In this document: one piece after another, positions 60,490 to 64,000 of the stretch
Layout: the number at the start of each line of letters is the position of its first letter
How positions within the stretch are numbered: position 1 is the stretch's first letter
Assembly (NCBI GenBank): GCA_030390025.1
Contig: CM059427.1
Location: forward strand, 189,038,001-189,102,000
Length of the DNA stretch: 64,000 bases
Reading direction: 5' to 3'
Source: Squalus acanthias
Taxonomy: Eukaryota
Translations under genes and position numbers: made by a program
The notes under the pieces: generated by a model
Databases searched by the model: none
What the model saw: only the letters and a program-made list of their open reading frames with translations
Told to the model about the DNA's origin: nothing

Positions 60490-62420
60490 AAAATGTTGCC
60501 CTTGGGTGTCTCGATCCTTCTAATAGAGCCACCCTTTGTCTAGGTATCTCACTATGCAACATTATCTCTACATTTACACGGCGATCTATTCTTGGCCCCT
60601 TCCTGTTTCTCATCTATATGCTGCTGCTCGCCGACATTATCCGAAGACATGGGGCTGGATTTTGATACTGGGGACGTGATGGAGGCGGGACTCCCACTTT
60701 TTGGGTTGTAGTCCCGCCTCCATCGACTTGTGGCCAACCCACCGTATTTTCACTTGATTGACCTTGTTGAGCCCACCCAGCGAGCTCAGCAGGCCAATTA
60801 AGGGCCACCCGGCAACAGGTGACGTCACAGATTGACATTTCATCTGTCAAGAGCTTTTGACAGATGAAATATCAGCGTTTGACAGCTCTGTGAAGCTGTC
60901 AAACACTGACAATCTGTCTTCTAACTTGAGTCCTTCCTCTCAGGCTGAGTTAGAAATCATTCCAGCACAGAAACCAGAAGCTGCAGTTTTTGACAGCACC
61001 ACGGCCATTGTACTTTCTGTGCCGGTGAGATTTCTGACTCCCGAGACCTGAAGGGCTGACACCTCCAGGAGGAAGTTAAGGTAAGTAAAACTTTTTCCCA
61101 CACTTTACCCTTACCTTACACACTTACCTCTGCACACATGCACCCATCACTCACCTGCCCACCGGACATATCGACCCCCCCAACCCCTGCAGACCCACAG
61201 TCCGCCTCGCTAACTTGGCGTGGTTGGGACCTGTCGGGAAGCCCACATTTCAGCTTTTAAAATAGGGATTAGGCAAAAAACTGCCTGTTAACTACCTGTT
61301 AACAGGCAGTTAATTGTCACTAATCCCCTTCCCGCCTCAGGGAGGCGAGTCCCAGCACAGGTTGGGTACCCGCCACCAGCGAAACTGGCATGGAGGCGGG
61401 TTGGGGGCGGGATGGGTTCGGGAGCCCCGAATCTGCAACTTTAACCCCCCACACGCCTCCAAACCCGCCTCCACGGGTCAATGAAAATCCAGCCCTCTAT
61501 GTCAGATTGCACATGTATGCTGACGACACATGACGTAGCTCTATTCACCACCGTGTCTCTCAATCCCTCCACTGCCTCTGTGTTGTCAGACTGCTTGTCC
61601 GACATGCGGTCCTGGATGAGCCACAATTCTCTCCAATTAAACATTGGGAAGACCAAAGCCACTGCCTTTAGCTCCCACCACAAACTCCGTTCCCTCGCCA
61701 CCATTCCATCCACCTCCCCGAAACAGTATTAAGTTCAAGCAGTCGGTTCGCAAACTAAGCATCCTATTTGACCTTGGACTGAGCTTCGAACCGTCTATCC
61801 TCTCTGTAACAAAGACCGTCTTCCTCTGGAACATCACCCATCTCCGCTCCTGCCGCAGCCCATATGCTGCTGAAATACTCATCGATGCTTTTGTTACCTC
61901 AGGAGTTGACTATTCCAACACTCTTCTGACCCGTCTCTCATCTTCCATCCTATATAAATTTGAGGTCATCCAAAACTCCACTGCCCCTATCCTAACCTGT
62001 ACCAAGTCCGCTCACCCATCACTCCTGTGTTTGCTGACCTACATTGGTTCCTTGTTCACTAACGCCTTGCATTCAAATCCCTCCATTGCCTTGCTCCTCT
62101 CTATCTCTGTAACCTCCTCCAGCCCTGCAACCCTCTGAGAAATCTGCGCAGCTTCAATTCTGGCCTCTTGAGCATCCGCCACTCCCTTCACCCCACCATT
62201 GGCGGCTGTGCCTTCAGTCATCTGGGCCCTAAGCTCTGGAAGTCCCCCCCTAAACCTCTTCGCACCTCTCTCTCCTCCTTTAAGACCCTCCTTAAAACCT
62301 AACATTTTGACCAAGCTTTTAAGCACCCTGCTAATATCTCCTCCTTCAGCTGATTAAGCTCCTGTGAAGCACCTTGGGATGTTTTCCTACATTAACGGTG
62401 CTATATAAATGCAAGGCTTC
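60490..62420 (+). mobile_element. Degenerate L2 LINE, interrupted by a MITE
   Basis: HMYADDT, LSDCLSDMRSWMSHNSLQLNIGKTK, DYSN; tail ggtgctatataaatgcaag. Confidence 0.75.
60651..61495. mobile_element. Harbinger-type MITE
   Basis: TIR gggctggatttt/aaaatccagccc; no clean TSD. Confidence 0.7.
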
Positions 62421-64000
62421 TACCCTCTATCCAAAACTCTGCTGCCCATATCCTTTCCTACACCAAGTCCTGCTCACTTATCACCCCTGTCCTCATTGGC
62501 TCAACACCTCCAATTTAAAATTCTCACCCTGATGTTTAAATCTCTTCACAGTCTCTCCTTTCCTATCTCTGTAGCTTCCTCAAGTGCTCCAACCCCACCC
62601 CACCCCCGCCGAACTCTCCATTCCTCTGATCCAGCCTCTTGTGCACCAGCTTCCCTTCTTTCCCCCCACCATTGCCAGCTGGACCTTGAGCTGACTCGGC
62701 CCCATGCTCTGGAATTCCCTTCCTAAACCCACCCACCTCTTTCATCAAGATTATGGACAGCCCTCCAAATATCTCCTGCTTTAGTTCAGCGTATACTTGG
62801 ACCATTATTCCCCTGTGAAATGCCTTGTTTTTCTATATTGAAGGCGCTATAGAAATAGAAGTGGCCGTTGGTGCTGCGGGTGGGCATCTATCACTTGCTT
62901 CCGTCTTTGGCAACTTGAAAAAAGTTAATTCCTGCTTTCAAACTGCCAGTTCCTGTTAACCTAAAGGAGGAAGTGGGCAGTGAAGAAGTTTCCTCATTGT
63001 TATTGTAGTTATGTTGCAATGACCCGGCCAGCGTGTAGACCAACGACTATAAGGAATATTCAGCGTCAATTCCAGATTCTTGCTGCTCATTCTGAAGTTT
63101 AAAAAATAAATCTGAGGAATAGAAAATAGTGAAAGCTGCAATACAAGAATTGGTTGACGGCGACTAAACTGAGTTTTTAAAATGGTAAGAGCTTTGCGCT
63201 GCCACTCTAGTTCTGCGTTGCCTCATCAATCCTTGGAAGATTGTACAGCTCACAAAATATGAAGCCTTTCCACGTTACCAGTGCTCACCATTATAGGAGA
63301 AAGAAACACAGGGAGAGTAGTTTCAGTACAAAATACAAACTCTGATAGGTAACATTTAAAAACAGAAATCAAAAACACAAAATGAAGATTGATGAGGTAA
63401 TTTTAGTGAGTCATTGTCCTTCATCTAGGAGCTGCCATGTTAAGTTTGCACTCACGTCTGGAGTCACTTAGATAAAGCAGGTAAAGGGATGTCCGCTCAT
63501 ATCTTCGAATGGCTTCATTAACTTGTAGAAATGGCCCGAAGGTCAATCCAAAGGCACCTAATTTGAGAAAAGTTAACGTCAACTTGGTACCGCTCTGTGT
63601 TGGGCTAGTCCTAAAATGTTCAGGTGAAGACATTCAGGGATTGAAATCCAGCCCCATCCAAAGTGTTCACTTCTGACGAGATAAATGGAACTGCTCAAAA
63701 GTTATAACTGCAACCTGTGTATTCAAGGACAAGTTGTTTACCAAAATAGTGCACGTTTTGGCTGCCACTCCGGACCCAAAACCTATTTCCTTTTTCCCCT
63801 TTTTTTTGCCTTTTCTTATTATCCCTCATAGGCCCCTCTCTACTGTTGTCACACCTCCTTTCATTGCTCCCCTCTCGGGCACTCTGCCCCGAAAATCCGT
63901 ACCCTAAGCCTTCAGCACTCCTCGACCTTCCGACTCTCCTGCCACCGTCCCAGATTTGACTCCCTCTTAGATAAGCCTACAGCTCCCCTCTGTGCCTCTT

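Overview
Repeat-rich vertebrate genomic DNA, most likely a cartilaginous fish (inferred from the CR1/L2/Penelope/Harbinger repeat landscape, not proven). Host coding content is limited to minus-strand, phase-1 immunoglobulin-superfamily exons with CD4/LAG-3-like V/C2 alternation: a leader exon (12052-12161), a cysteine-less V exon (3916-4257) and a C2 exon (712-981), plus a V exon (52514-52852), a C2 exon (52166-52435) and a decayed C2 copy (~49720-49941) further upstream. Nested mobile DNA fills most of the rest. It includes many CR1 LINEs (one full-length with an esterase ORF1), L2 and RTE pieces, Harbinger MITEs and a Harbinger element with a spliced MYB/SANT gene and a deleted transposase, and three long solo LTRs with 4-bp TSDs. 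The most striking structure is a 6.4-kb head-to-head palindrome of two full-length Neptune-type Penelope elements inside one 14-bp TSD; each arm carries a minimal hammerhead ribozyme and the same YIDN RT substitution. All calls were made by eye; no searches were run.
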